A stretch of 56,600 nucleotides of DNA, the filler included, from Circinaria calcarea (Eukaryota): NCBI GenBank assembly GCA_051942165.1. It is 2 parts of 2 records of this genome, joined end to end, with 100 filler letters (N's around TTAATTAATTAA, not from the genome) between each part and the next. Parts side by side here need not be neighbours in the genome. Positions count along the whole stretch, not along the records: positions 28,370 to 56,600 come from JAVECS010000057.1; 1 more part is not named here. One strand, 5' to 3'. Within the stretch, counting starts at the first letter, position 1; each line of letters starts with the position of its first letter. The notes below the pieces were generated by a model, which saw only the letters and a list, made by a program, of their open reading frames with translations, had not been told where the DNA came from and ran no database searches. Below are positions 37,403 to 48,083 of this stretch, piece by piece. The translations under genes and the position numbers were made by a program.

Positions 37403-39838
37403 CTAGTCGTCGTCGAAAATCTGGTATGTGTTCTGCAATATGGTATCGATCACCCGCACTTGCCAGCCTGCATCAGCAATGTTCGGACCTGTGTTCGATC
37501 CCATCAAGGTCGGTCTAATTTCAATCAACAGTCTGACTGCAGTAGGGTCAAAAACAGCGCTTGCTTACCCGAAACAGATGGCCAAGTTTCCAGCGTTCAT
37601 ACGGTTGACGCTGGAATGTTCCTGCACACGGTTGAGGTGCTTGCGGAAGGGTAAGTAAAGACGGTCCAAGGTCATCCATAATATGAGACAGTGCTTACCA
37701 GTGTCAACGCCCGCAAAGTCGCGTAGTTCGGGTCTGGCAGGCTGTTGATGGTAGCGTGGAGGGAGTCACGCCGGGTAATATCATCATCGATACCTAGAGC
37801 AGTCTCCGTTAGTAAGACAGGATGACTTCTGTTCAAGTGGTCTGCTTACGAGCGGCCTCGATGAAATCTTGGTAATGTTCTCGCGTAAGAAGAGGATCGG
37901 GGAGATCTCTAAAAAATTGCTTGAGCAAGCCTGCGACACTGTTCACATCTTGATAGAAATTCTCCGGATTTCTAAAATCAACCAGGGTCGAGTCTAATAC
38001 CGATCAGATGAGTGTCCGAGAACTCTCAGTAGATGGGGAAATAAGAAATACCATGGTCGAATATTGATCGGAGTTTGGCTACATGAGCAGCGTTGCCAGA
38101 AAGTCGGTAGATTCCCTCCATGTCAAGACCAAACAGGTCCACTGCTTGTAGACACTGATACACTACCATTGGCACGGCGGAACCATCCCGTTTGAAGAGA
38201 TCTTCCAAGGAGACTCCAAATACAGGCCGTAGAGGGGGTAGTTCAGCGCCATGTTGACCATTGAGATTCGCCGGGTTTTGAGATGATTGTATAACGTATG
38301 GTGGTGAAGGTTGGCCGGTGGAGATCTGTGGTGGCTGGCTTACACCGCTCGATAGGAAGGCCGACTGTTGCGGTGACCCGCTGTAGCCCCCGTCAGTTCC
38401 TGCGGGGGAATACGGTGGCACAGGTCCTTGGTTGAGGCTACTACTGTGCACGGGGCTATTTGGTGTGGAAGTATCGTGGATTGCCCGCGGTGGCTGAGGT
38501 AGCTGACTTAGCTGTGGGTATGGTTGACGTACTCCTGATGACATAGCAGGGGGCATCTGTTGAGACGTTTGCAGGGTCTATCTACAGTTAAACCGAGACA
38601 CAGTAAAATAAGATTATGGGACTGACAGGATGACGCTCGTATTTGATCTCCGCATGTTTATGCCCAACCTTGGATGCGAAACTTAAAACATAGTTCCTGA
38701 GATCTCTTTCGTTGTCGATCTGATGGATAACATCACGCAAGCTTCGGTTATGGAGCTCTGGTACGTTATTTTGTCCCTTAAGGGGACTAACGCAAAGCCC
38801 GTTGCTCAAGAGTAATTTCTCATTGAACGATGCTGTCAGTATACGTTAGTCCAAGATACACATAAATCGAAAAATAGGATTTTTTATATGCAGCCTACCA
38901 AACTTCTGTATCTGAAGCGTCAAAGCCGAATCGCATTCATTTATTAATTCCAGGAGAGCTCTGACAGCCTGCGGCCTGGACGTACTAATGAGCTCTTGCC
39001 TTAAGCCTTGCGCAGTCTGGACCTTCGTGGAATAGTCTGAGTCCGCAGCCTGCACCTTTCTATGTAAATCCTCTTCAATCTGCGCCGCAGATTTTGGCCC
39101 TTTAAGTCCAAAGACGCGTCCGGACTGCTTATCTCCAGTGCGAGCGCGATCATAGTCTTCGGCGAGCGAATCATACTTAATCTTCGCTTTCTCCATTGCC
39201 AGCTCAGCATCCTGAACCCGCTTTTCAGCGCTGAGGCCGGTTTGTTTCCAATGTTTTCTTCCGCGCTCCTTCTCGATGGCAAGTTCGTGAAGGTCTTCGT
39301 GCATCTGATGAAGGGAGAGCGCGAATTGAATTCCATTGTCTGCCATGCGGTCGTGGATGCGAGTTATGTCTTCATAATTCTGCGCGTACGAGCCCTGTCT
39401 GTTGTCAGGACGTCTTGTGGATTCGTATGTGCTTTTGCATAACTTTTTTAGACCTTGCGCATGTTCCTCTTCCAGAATCGATCGTTTTTTGAGGAAGGCA
39501 GCGAAGTCCTACATACATTAGTCATATGACTTGACAGATTTTGATTTCCACGCACTCGAGCAGATGCGACGCTCTGCTTTAAGCGTGATAACAAGGTATT
39601 CACACCAATCTGCCAATTGAATCAGTTGCCAGTCAAGAAGAATTCCAAAGAAACTGACGTCTGATTGTAACACATTTTCAAAAGCCGATGAGGACTCATC
39701 AATTGACCCCAGAGGATTCTCAACTGGGTGTTCGTTCGATAAGCCCTGAGCTTCATGCAGTCCTGGTTCAGGAAGGCCAGGAGGAGCTCCAGGCGCACCA
39801 AACTCAGAGGATGAACGCTCCATGGAATTCCTACTCAT
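37403..39838 (-). CDS. RGD1: F-BAR/FCH plus RhoGAP protein Rgd1 (multi-exon)
   Basis: VLQSD|IGVNTLLSRLK, FAAFLKKRSILEEEHAQGL, RPVFGVSLEDLFKRDGSAVP, EGIYRLSG (arginine finger), LLKQFFRDLPDPL, NRMNAGNLAICFGPTLM; stop at 37405-37403. Confidence 0.92.
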
Positions 39839-39989
39839 TGTAAAACAGAATGGGCCCAGAATACAACACGAAGATGTGGTCCATACAATAGTCCCCAGAA
39901 ATTAATGGAAAGATATCACAGGCACCTATCGGCTAGCCGTGTTTAACGCGGTACCAGATATCCCTAAACGATGCCGCACCCGGCCCGAT

Positions 39990-40580
39990 ACCGTATTTTT
40001 CCTATATTCCAACCACTATTTTATATAATTATTATTTTATTTTATATTATAATTACACCGCAGATTGCGCCTACTACATGGGGAATAACGAAGAAAATTA
40101 GCGTATTCGTTATAGTATATCCCGGGGTTCTGTTACGGATTTGGCAGGCATAACGTTATGGTTCCACCGCAGGCTACGCCTGCTACATAGGGATAGCGGG
40201 GAAGATTAGCGTATTCTCTATAGTATATCCCGGGGTTCTTCCCCACGATAATAGAATAACTTTCACTCTTTCGAAATCTTAGCTCGCGCTTCCATAATAT
40301 TAATATTTTAAAAAATTTATATAAATTTTTACGAAAACTTTTCTTATTAATTAATATTTTATAATTTCGGTATTTAATTTATATATAAAAATTATAAAAA
40401 TTCTCGGGTAAAAATTTTATATTAATATTTATTAAAATATTATTTAATTTTTATTATATTTTAAAAATCGTAACGTTTTTATATAAAATAATTATTATAA
40501 TTATATTAAATATTTGAAATTTAACCGCTAGAATAATTATAGCTAATTTATGTAGAATTAAGCTTTTTTATATTTATTTT
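39990..40580. repeat. Extremely AT-rich, RIP-like degenerate repeat relic containing a decayed tandem duplication
   Basis: The core 40240-40575 is almost all A/T and TpA-rich. Two copies of about 75 nt (40056-40131 and 40165-40239) differ mainly by G/A and C/T transitions. Confidence 0.75.
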
Positions 40581-42992
40581 TATCAGGTCCGAAGCCTTTG
40601 GGATTTCTTGATCTGCTTTCTTTCGGAATTCTTTCTTTTCACCGCGCTTGGGCTTTCCGGTGCCATCAGCAATCCGGGGCGCTTCGGTCACCCATCTCGA
40701 GATCGCTTCTGCTCGTTCCGTGCTAATTGGGTACTCTTTGCCATCAGCCTGCGCCCACCGTTGCGGCCCGCCCATTAAGTCGTCTTTCCTTTGCTCCTCC
40801 GCGCGTTTCTCACGTGCCGCTACCGCAGCTTGAAAGCTTGCTTCATCATGTACCCGTTCGTCGGCGAGAGCCTCCATAATTGCCTCTTGTCTCGCCCGTT
40901 CTCTTGCCTCCTCTAGGGTCTCTTCCTTCTTGGCCGATTCGGCTTCTCCAGGTAAGGGAGCAGGCGCGCATAAGGCCTCCCATGACTGCCTCAAGCCAAT
41001 CCAGTTTCTGGCACGACGAATTACCTCTATCCAGTCCGCACGGCTTGGTGACCGTGCAGCTAGAAAGATTGGATACCCATCACATACACGCGCAAGACGC
41101 CCCACCATGTGGGCATGACGCAGATGTTCTTTCGGCGAAGTCTGCATTAATGAATGACATAGAAGCAGGGAGTGAAGGGCATCAGTCAGCAATGGATGAT
41201 ATGTTACTGCTTCGTGTGGCTTGAGGCTACCAAGGAATACCTTCGACATCTCTAGCGACGTGTTGTCGTCCGTATTCTGATTCAAAGGAATTAGGGCCAA
41301 TGACTCAGCTGGATATGGTGGTAGACTTGCCGGCGGCGATGCAGAAAACAAGGTGGAGACTTGATGGACCTCTGGGGCCGGAATCAAGGGAAGTGATGTC
41401 GAAGAATGGGCGTATTGATGATCGGAGAACGTACTACTAGCTGACTTTCGAGGGACAAGTGCATCTGAGAGCGTCCCATTACTGAGATTGGTATTGCCAG
41501 ACATCTCAAGGAGATTAAGCGGAGGGCGATCCTTATTACAAACTGAGCCATTAGCTGCTGCATTGACCTTGCGGAAAAACTCCTCTGTATTTGTAAATGG
41601 CTGTCCTGAGGTATAATCAAAGTTTGATAGGAAACTCATGTAGTCTCTCAATGCGCGTTTGGCGTAGGTCTTCACGAGTTTTCGCGCTTCCTGCTGGAGC
41701 CTGCGGGTATCTGTTTCTGTCGTTATTTTTGGAGAACATGACTGGTCAGGGTATCCATTGGTGCCGCTTTCAACCTGCAGATCCCCAGGACACTCAAGAA
41801 GTGCGGAATGAATATACTGGCAAGCTAGAGTCAGATAGACACCAGCACGGTGGAATAGCAGTTGGGGTTCCAAGCTGCTGGGTCTATTTTCCTCTTTAAG
41901 CCCCATGTCAACGGTCGACTCGTCCGCACTGCTATTATTTTTTTCAGGGCCTCCTAGTGCATTGACCACTGTCAGCTGGCCTCTCCTAGCATTGTGTTGC
42001 GCTGTGAGATAACGGTGTGTCGCCAGCGCGTCTGTCAAATCACGCGCTGCACCGGAGAAATCATCCTTGAAAATCCTCGTGACAGCCCTGGTCCGTAGTG
42101 CAGCAGTGTTGTTTGGCCGTTCTTGTAGCACCTCATCCAAGGGTTTGAGACTAGTACATTGCGCCAACATCCTCGAAGGGATCTTTTCATGGAAGAAATG
42201 CACATATTTTGCATCAGTGTCGGATGCATTGCGTTGAAGTACTAAATGGGCCACCTCTTCGAGCGAGGAAGCGGACTGCATGGTGGCCACACTGGCGGCG
42301 ATCTCGTCGAATTGATAGGCCTGTGATAACTTCTGTGTGGCCAATTCCCGCATACGGTGTTTCCTCTCTCTACTCAACTTTGCAGTCGACCCGTTGTTTC
42401 CCAGCCCAAGTCCAAGCGCAGCGGCACCTCCACCGCCAAGGATCCCATTCCCAGCATTAAGGGAATTACTCAAGCTTGAAGACGTTGTTCCATTCGCAGC
42501 ACGGACAGCTAGGTTGGTGGCATCCTCCACCAGCCGGCGGACCTTGACCAGGTCAAAGAAGACAGCCGGATCAATGGGCCGGGGGCGGGGAGACGAATAG
42601 TTGCTAAAGGCGAGCGACTCGAGAACTTCAGGTGGCAATTGAAGCCAAGGGCCATGAAAGGACGAGATATAGCGCCAATGCCTGTTGTGCCCACAGTTAG
42701 CTTCAGCAATATGCTTTGTGCTGCTCATGACTAGCCGGGCATTTACGAGCAGTTGATCGGATCCTACGTACTTGTTACGACAGATAATCAATGCCGAGGT
42801 GGAAGTCTCAGAGGAGCTCAGCTTGCTGGGACCTGGTGCTACACGAGTAGATGATGGATGTTGACTATCTGTGCTTGAAGCAGCTAGAGCTTGTGGAGGA
42901 CTCTCTTGAGATGTTAAATTGGCTACTGTGCCAGCGACAGTCATCCCTTGGGATTTTTTCTTTCGTGTCATCCTTGAAAGACCTATTGACAA
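40548..42992 (-). CDS. Conserved fungal protein of unknown function with TPR-like helices (exons 42992-42772, 42681-40548)
   Basis: Long ORF with SALIICRNK|HWRYISSFHGPWLQL, FDEIAASVATMQSAS, YVHFFHEKIPSR, TYHPLLTDALHSLLL, DGYPIFLAARSPSRADW; in-frame 90-nt intron 42771-42682 (GTACGT...GCTAAC...CAG). Confidence 0.82.
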   Translation of the reverse strand: MSIGLSRMTRKKKSQGMTVAGTVANLTSQESPPQALAASSTDSQHPSSTRVAPGPSKLSSSETSTSALIICRNKYVGSDQLLVNARLVMSSTKHIAEANCGHNRHWRYISSFHGPWLQLPPEVLESLAFSNYSSPRPRPIDPAVFFDLVKVRRLVEDATNLAVRAANGTTSSSLSNSLNAGNGILGGGGAAALGLGLGNNGSTAKLSRERKHRMRELATQKLSQAYQFDEIAASVATMQSASSLEEVAHLVLQRNASDTDAKYVHFFHEKIPSRMLAQCTSLKPLDEVLQERPNNTAALRTRAVTRIFKDDFSGAARDLTDALATHRYLTAQHNARRGQLTVVNALGGPEKNNSSADESTVDMGLKEENRPSSLEPQLLFHRAGVYLTLACQYIHSALLECPGDLQVESGTNGYPDQSCSPKITTETDTRRLQQEARKLVKTYAKRALRDYMSFLSNFDYTSGQPFTNTEEFFRKVNAAANGSVCNKDRPPLNLLEMSGNTNLSNGTLSDALVPRKSASSTFSDHQYAHSSTSLPLIPAPEVHQVSTLFSASPPASLPPYPAESLALIPLNQNTDDNTSLEMSKVFLGSLKPHEAVTYHPLLTDALHSLLLCHSLMQTSPKEHLRHAHMVGRLARVCDGYPIFLAARSPSRADWIEVIRRARNWIGLRQSWEALCAPAPLPGEAESAKKEETLEEARERARQEAIMEALADERVHDEASFQAAVAAREKRAEEQRKDDLMGGPQRWAQADGKEYPISTERAEAISRWVTEAPRIADGTGKPKRGEKKEFRKKADQEIPKASDLIKINIKKLNST

Positions 42993-43383
42993 TATACCAT
43001 TTGTTCAAGAGAGCGGCATCAAAGTTGATTTACAATTTATGCATTTAACGCGGTATTGATTCTACAGCGGAGTGAGGTAGAGTCGAAGGAGGGGGTTGTG
43101 AGATTCAGGGCCCGAACCTGCCATGTTATTAAACTCCTAAGGGCCAAACCTCTACCAAGCAAGTTAATTACCGAGCTAAACCTGGGGGGTGTATCACATT
43201 GCATAGTTTATAACCTAATTAAGTAATTCTTTTTGAGCTATATCGTATTAAGTTACTATTTAAGCCTTCTTCCCTTTCAAACGAATTTAGTAATACTTTT
43301 AATTAACTGCTGCTGTATGTAAACGATGGGCCGATTAGACATCTTTCTTTCCAAACAATAAACCGCGTACTGCTAATAATCCA

Positions 43384-44004
43384 ATGGCCGTTGACCTTGC
43401 CAGCCTTTCTCCTGAGCAGCTGAGCTCTTTGAAGAAGCAGCTCGACGATGAGCTGGAGCACCTCACTACTTCCTTCGCGAAGCTCCATGCCGCTCAAGTC
43501 AAATTTCAAGAGTGTCTGAGAGCGATCAAGGATGGTGTGTCCTCCCAAACACAGGGTTAGTGGATGGATAGGATGGAACAGCAGACCTGTTGACAGAACA
43601 GCTTGTATTGACACATTTAAAAGGAAAATCGATTCTGGTCCCCATGACGACGTCTCTATATGTCCCGGGAACTCTCGCGGATTCTGACAGTGTCATTGTT
43701 GATGTTGGTACCGGCTTCTACGTGGGAAAGGTATAGTTTCTCATGGCATTGGATGATTTGCAAGGGGATCTCTCATAGGCTAGCACTTAGTCTACGAAGG
43801 ACGCAACAAGTTTTTACAACATTAGGATTGGCGATCTTACTGCCAACCTCAAGGACCTAGAGACCATAGTACAGGGCAAATCGAACAACCTGAGAGTTGT
43901 AGAGGATGGTAAGTCACTGCACCGTCCTGGATGATTCTGCAACTGATAGCATATCGAAAGTACTGCGCCAGAAAGTGATTGATAGTGTTGCTAGTCCTCA
44001 ATGA
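43384..44004 (+). CDS. GIM5: Prefoldin subunit 5 (alpha type; 4 exons)
   Basis: VDLASLSPEQLSSLKKQLDDELEHLTTSF, ILVPMTTSLYVPG, VIVDVGTGFYV, LRVVED|VLRQK. Confidence 0.92.
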
Positions 44005-44209
44005 TCACATTCAATCTCCATGATCCACAGTATTCTAATTGTGACTAATGCTCTCTAAACTGCCAATTCCGACATTGCTACATCTCGTATGAACCGATAC
44101 GTTAATCTTATCGTTGTGATGATGGACAGCATACCATCGGTTACGCATTGTAACTTTGATAAGCCCAGTGACAGAACAGTCTGAAGCGTGCATAGTCAGG
44201 CTGCATTTG

Positions 44210-46888
44210 CTATTTCAAATTTTCCTTATTGAGGAAGTTGACAATAGACTGCAGAGTTGTCAGGAAATCTGCGAAGCCTGCCTCGTGCTCGCCAACATTT
44301 CGCTGGACTTTCGGAGGAAAGAACACCTCCTGTGACGGAACCCAGCTAGCGACGGCTCCCGATCTCATTGTAGCATTTGTAGATAGCATCTGGTCCCACG
44401 ATTCGTTGTGAATAGACCCACCCCAAACGGTATTCAGGAGCCTTCGGTCTCGAACGTGGAAAGTATCGTATCTAGCAACCTCAAATACATACGAGCCATG
44501 GGCTCTCAATCGGTACCTCCATACTGTTTTTTGTACAAAGCTTAGTAGTCCTGGAGTTAGATCGAACCAGAAAACTGCCTTAGAGGGCTCGGTAGAGTTC
44601 GGTATTCTGTTCTGTACTTCATAACGTATACCGGAGGCGAATTTGCTCATGGATGGCGTGACACGAGATGTCTCGACGTTATTCTCTGCAGCTATCTGTA
44701 GTTTCCAGCTTATACCGCTGAAGTCCTGTCAGCAAGACCTTCAAGAATAGCGAGGGAATATGGATGCAGAAGTGAGTAGATTTTACTAACCCTTGCAGTC
44801 GGATGTTAAATATTTGCAGGGGTGGGCCTATCTCGAGGTTGGTCTCAAGCCACTTCCTGTGTGTCACCTCATGGACCCCGTATATCCCAAAAACCGGGCT
44901 TGTATCGATCTGGAGTTTGATCTGTCTACCACTGTTGGGACCGAACAAGAACAATGCGGAGTAAAAGGGAATGACGTCCACTAACTCTGGCGTCTGAGCG
45001 TCGACCGGCTCAAAAAGATGGACTGCCTCGCGGGTACGAACAATCATCTCGTGCGACTCTCGTCCCATGGTCCGACTACAAGAAGGTTAGTTGAATTTTG
45101 ATCTAGGTAGATAGCTGGAAGGTATACCATACACTTGGTGGAGAGTCCCCTTTGTTCCCGGCATTTTCAAATTCTCAATGAACCATTTCAGGGATACGCT
45201 TGAAAGGTTATTGGGTAGCCAACGGAAATTGTTTAACGCGAAAATTCCCATATGGGCTCGCATCTGAATGCGCCCGCGAAAGTAGCGTAGACGTAGAATC
45301 TGTCGAACAATCGCTTGCTGCATCGTTTTTTGGTTGTCCTGGGTAAGAGATTTTGAATATGCTTGCCAACCCTCAAGCTCAACTTGCGTAAGACTTTCGC
45401 CGGTAAGGCGAGGTAGTTTCTCGACTCTTTCACTGCTTGGCCTATCTGAAAATGACGTATCGACAACCTCGACAGCTGCTCTAACAGTATCTAAATCAGG
45501 AGGGTCCACAAGGTACTTTTCCACGACCGCACTCTTTCTTGTCGCATATTCACAGAGTAAGTTGGCTATGCTGTTGATAGCCCCTTCCACATGAATAGTA
45601 GCGTTTGCCAGAACTTTGAAGGTTGAGACTGTCTCGTCGTAAATTATGTAGCAACCGTGAAACATACGTATAGGGTCTAGAGCCTCATAGCTCGAACCAA
45701 AAACTTTGCTCGGCTTTTCAACTAAGCACCACAGATATGAACCCTATATTGGCTGTTAATCCTTGCGTATAATTCAAGTACAAAGACCCTGGAAACTGAC
45801 AGTAACAGCGAAATTGATTCCTTTCTCAGGTGTCTGTCGAAATAAGTCCTTTTGGGTTCTCTCAAGTAGCTGGGCTTCGTAACTCTTTTTCTGCTTGGTT
45901 GTGATGGGATGCACCGATGGCATAGCTTTTCGCGAAACCATTGCAGGTATAGAAAACTCAGAACGTTTGATCCATTCATCGAGAGCATGGCAGGCCTCTT
46001 GAACTTGAGCAGCATCGCCCCATATAAGAAGATCCTGTGTAGAGCATTGTTAGCGAACAAGCAAAGGAGGGCACGCTGTTACACTCACACGATCCTGCAG
46101 ATCACGTGGTGGACGTATGTGCGTTCCGGTACGGGTACCAATCTCATCAAGGGAAGATATCACGACGTTTGGTAAGTTTTTGAAAGAGATTGCTATGGTG
46201 TGAAGTTGACTTTCACTGTAAGCCAGATCCATATGTATTTCAGGACAAAAGTGGCTTTACCTCAGAGCTGCTTTGTGGTATTCCTCCGGCAACTTATATA
46301 AACCTTAACAGCGTGAGCTACATTGACATTCCATGACACAGGGTCTCTTACCATTGGGAGGTCTCCTGCTCCGCCACGCTGCTTTGGCCTGATTGTCCAG
46401 TTCAAAATCGAGTCGACCTCTTTTTCTCGAACTCTGACGGGGAGCTGCAGTGTGTCCGATAGGAAGTGGCCGAGAAGATTGAAACGGACGTCGTGGATTC
46501 GGCTCTACTGAATTCAAAAGCAGAGCTTTGGGAGACTCCGCAAACGAAGGATGCGTGCCCACATACGGTAAATCTTCTTCGTATTCGTCGTCTTCAGTCT
46601 CCGGCTCGATGGTCTGCCCCCGACCAGCATCGTCCAATCTCCACTCTGCGTTTGATGTGTTAGCTGACCCGTTTAGCGATTCTTTCTCAAATCAGTCTGG
46701 TTTTGCCCCTGACATGGGTGGCTCCGACTAATTGGCATAAATTTATAGTCGACACGGTTCGTCTGTCCCTCAAATGAACCTGGAAAACACTGGGGGTCTG
46801 ACCTCGGGCATCGTCAATCTCATAAGTACTAGACTCCATTAGCTGAGACCACAGTGAGCAAATGTAGGCCAAAGAGAGCATACCTCAT
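44210..46888 (-). CDS. Uncharacterised multi-exon fungal protein (5-nt first exon ATGAG)
   Basis: Splicing 46888-46884, 46828-46803 and 46645 onward gives MSTYEIDDAREWRLDD. Later exons include LDEIGTRTGTHI, ALDPIRMFHGCYI, LRYFRGRIQMRAHMGIF and WGGSIHNESWD. Internal exon boundaries are only partly resolved. Confidence 0.7.
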
Positions 46889-47149
46889 TTTGACTTCGCA
46901 ACGCGATTCAAGGATGCCAACGCTTTCGTCAAAGAGACTTGTAATCGTAGGCTGACTTACCAAAGGGAAGATAGCCGTAGAGACAGAACGAAGGTCGAAA
47001 TCGAAATGTAAGTCACCAATCGAAAGCAGCCTGACTGCACCAAAGGCGGTCGTAACGGCTCCTTAGCTCAGGATGCTACATGAGAAGAGGTGATGCCCAA
47101 GACCCTCAGGCTTACACTCTGCCTGCTCGTGCCGATAGGTCTATTGGCC

Positions 47150-47255
47150 GGCAAAGGCAAACAGGCAAAGTGGCAAAGTGGCAAAGAGGCAAAGAGAGTA
47201 GTGGGGCCGGACGTATTGGTCTTAGTCGTGGTGCACTGTTCCGGTGCACTGTTCC
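47150..47255. repeat. Six GGCAAA units plus a perfect 13-bp tandem duplication (GGTGCACTGTTCC x2)
   Basis: GGCAAA at 47150, 47156, 47164, 47172, 47180 and 47188; 13-mer at 47230-47242 and 47243-47255. Confidence 0.85.
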
Positions 47256-48083
47256 GATGCCCAGTCTGAGTTAATGGCAAGAAAGAGAAGACACAAGATC
47301 AGGGCTCTTGGCAAGTTTCAACAGCAGCCGTTTACGAATTCGAAGAGTGGACCGTCGGCAAGGGAACGATACCTACCTCACCGCAAGCTCAGAGAGAAGT
47401 TGATTACGGGTGTGGGCATAACACGTCTAGAGGCTTTGAGAGGCTGTCGATACAAGTGGAGATCTGGATGAGACGCTGCCGAAGCAGCAAAGCGATCCGG
47501 ATGGCCCCTAACAGCAGCATGAAGGTTTTCTATAGCGCTTACGCCAATGACCTTGAAACCATTGCTAGTGAATGCCAAAATCAACAAGAGAAACTCGACC
47601 CAAGGTAGTTTCGTAGACCCAATCCGACGAGGTGCTATTCATCATGACACTCGGCAGCTAAGCGAAAGCAGAGTGTGCATGGTCAAGAGTGACGCCTTAC
47701 ACCCTACTCGCAACGAGTCGTAGCGGCAAGCCACAGAAAGAACATTTTCATGCAAGAGAAGCCTCGAGACGCGGATTGTCACAAGTTCTGACCGCAGTTG
47801 GGTGCCGCCAGTCAGGGAACAGAGTCTTTTACTATGTAGGGGGAAGTAAGAGTGATGATCGTATTATTAGAGCATATATCTCCGCCAAGGTAGGCGGCCG
47901 AGCTCTCCGGTCATGTGATTCGCTTAGCAGGGAGACCCACGCTAAGATAGCTACCTTGTAAAATACACTTTACCGCGCTGACTCCTCCGTCATGTGTCTT
48001 TGACAATTGGAAGAAATTCCCATCTACCCCTACAGTCCTGAGCTAGAGGTCGTCTAGGACAGCAGGATACTCTGTTCACATTC

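Noticed and set aside
40056..40239. Repeat pair as a CRISPR-like array
   Set aside because: Eukaryotic DNA, only two degenerate copies and no cas genes; RIP decay of a duplication explains it better.
39942..43055. 12-bp direct repeat TTTAACGCGGTA (39942-39953 and 43044-43055) as the ends of a mobile segment carrying the 814-aa ORF
   Set aside because: Many 12-mer matches are expected by chance in 56 kb, and there is no transposase, terminal inverted repeat or extended similarity.
46646..46802. 157-nt intron as a possible nested twin intron (stwintron)
   Set aside because: Removing an internal intron does not rebuild a good donor, and single-step splicing already keeps the frame.
47274..47471. 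ORF MARKRRHK... as an upstream ORC1 exon or separate gene
   Set aside because: No recognisable motif and no convincing in-frame splice to 48084, where ORC1 has a plausible start of its own.
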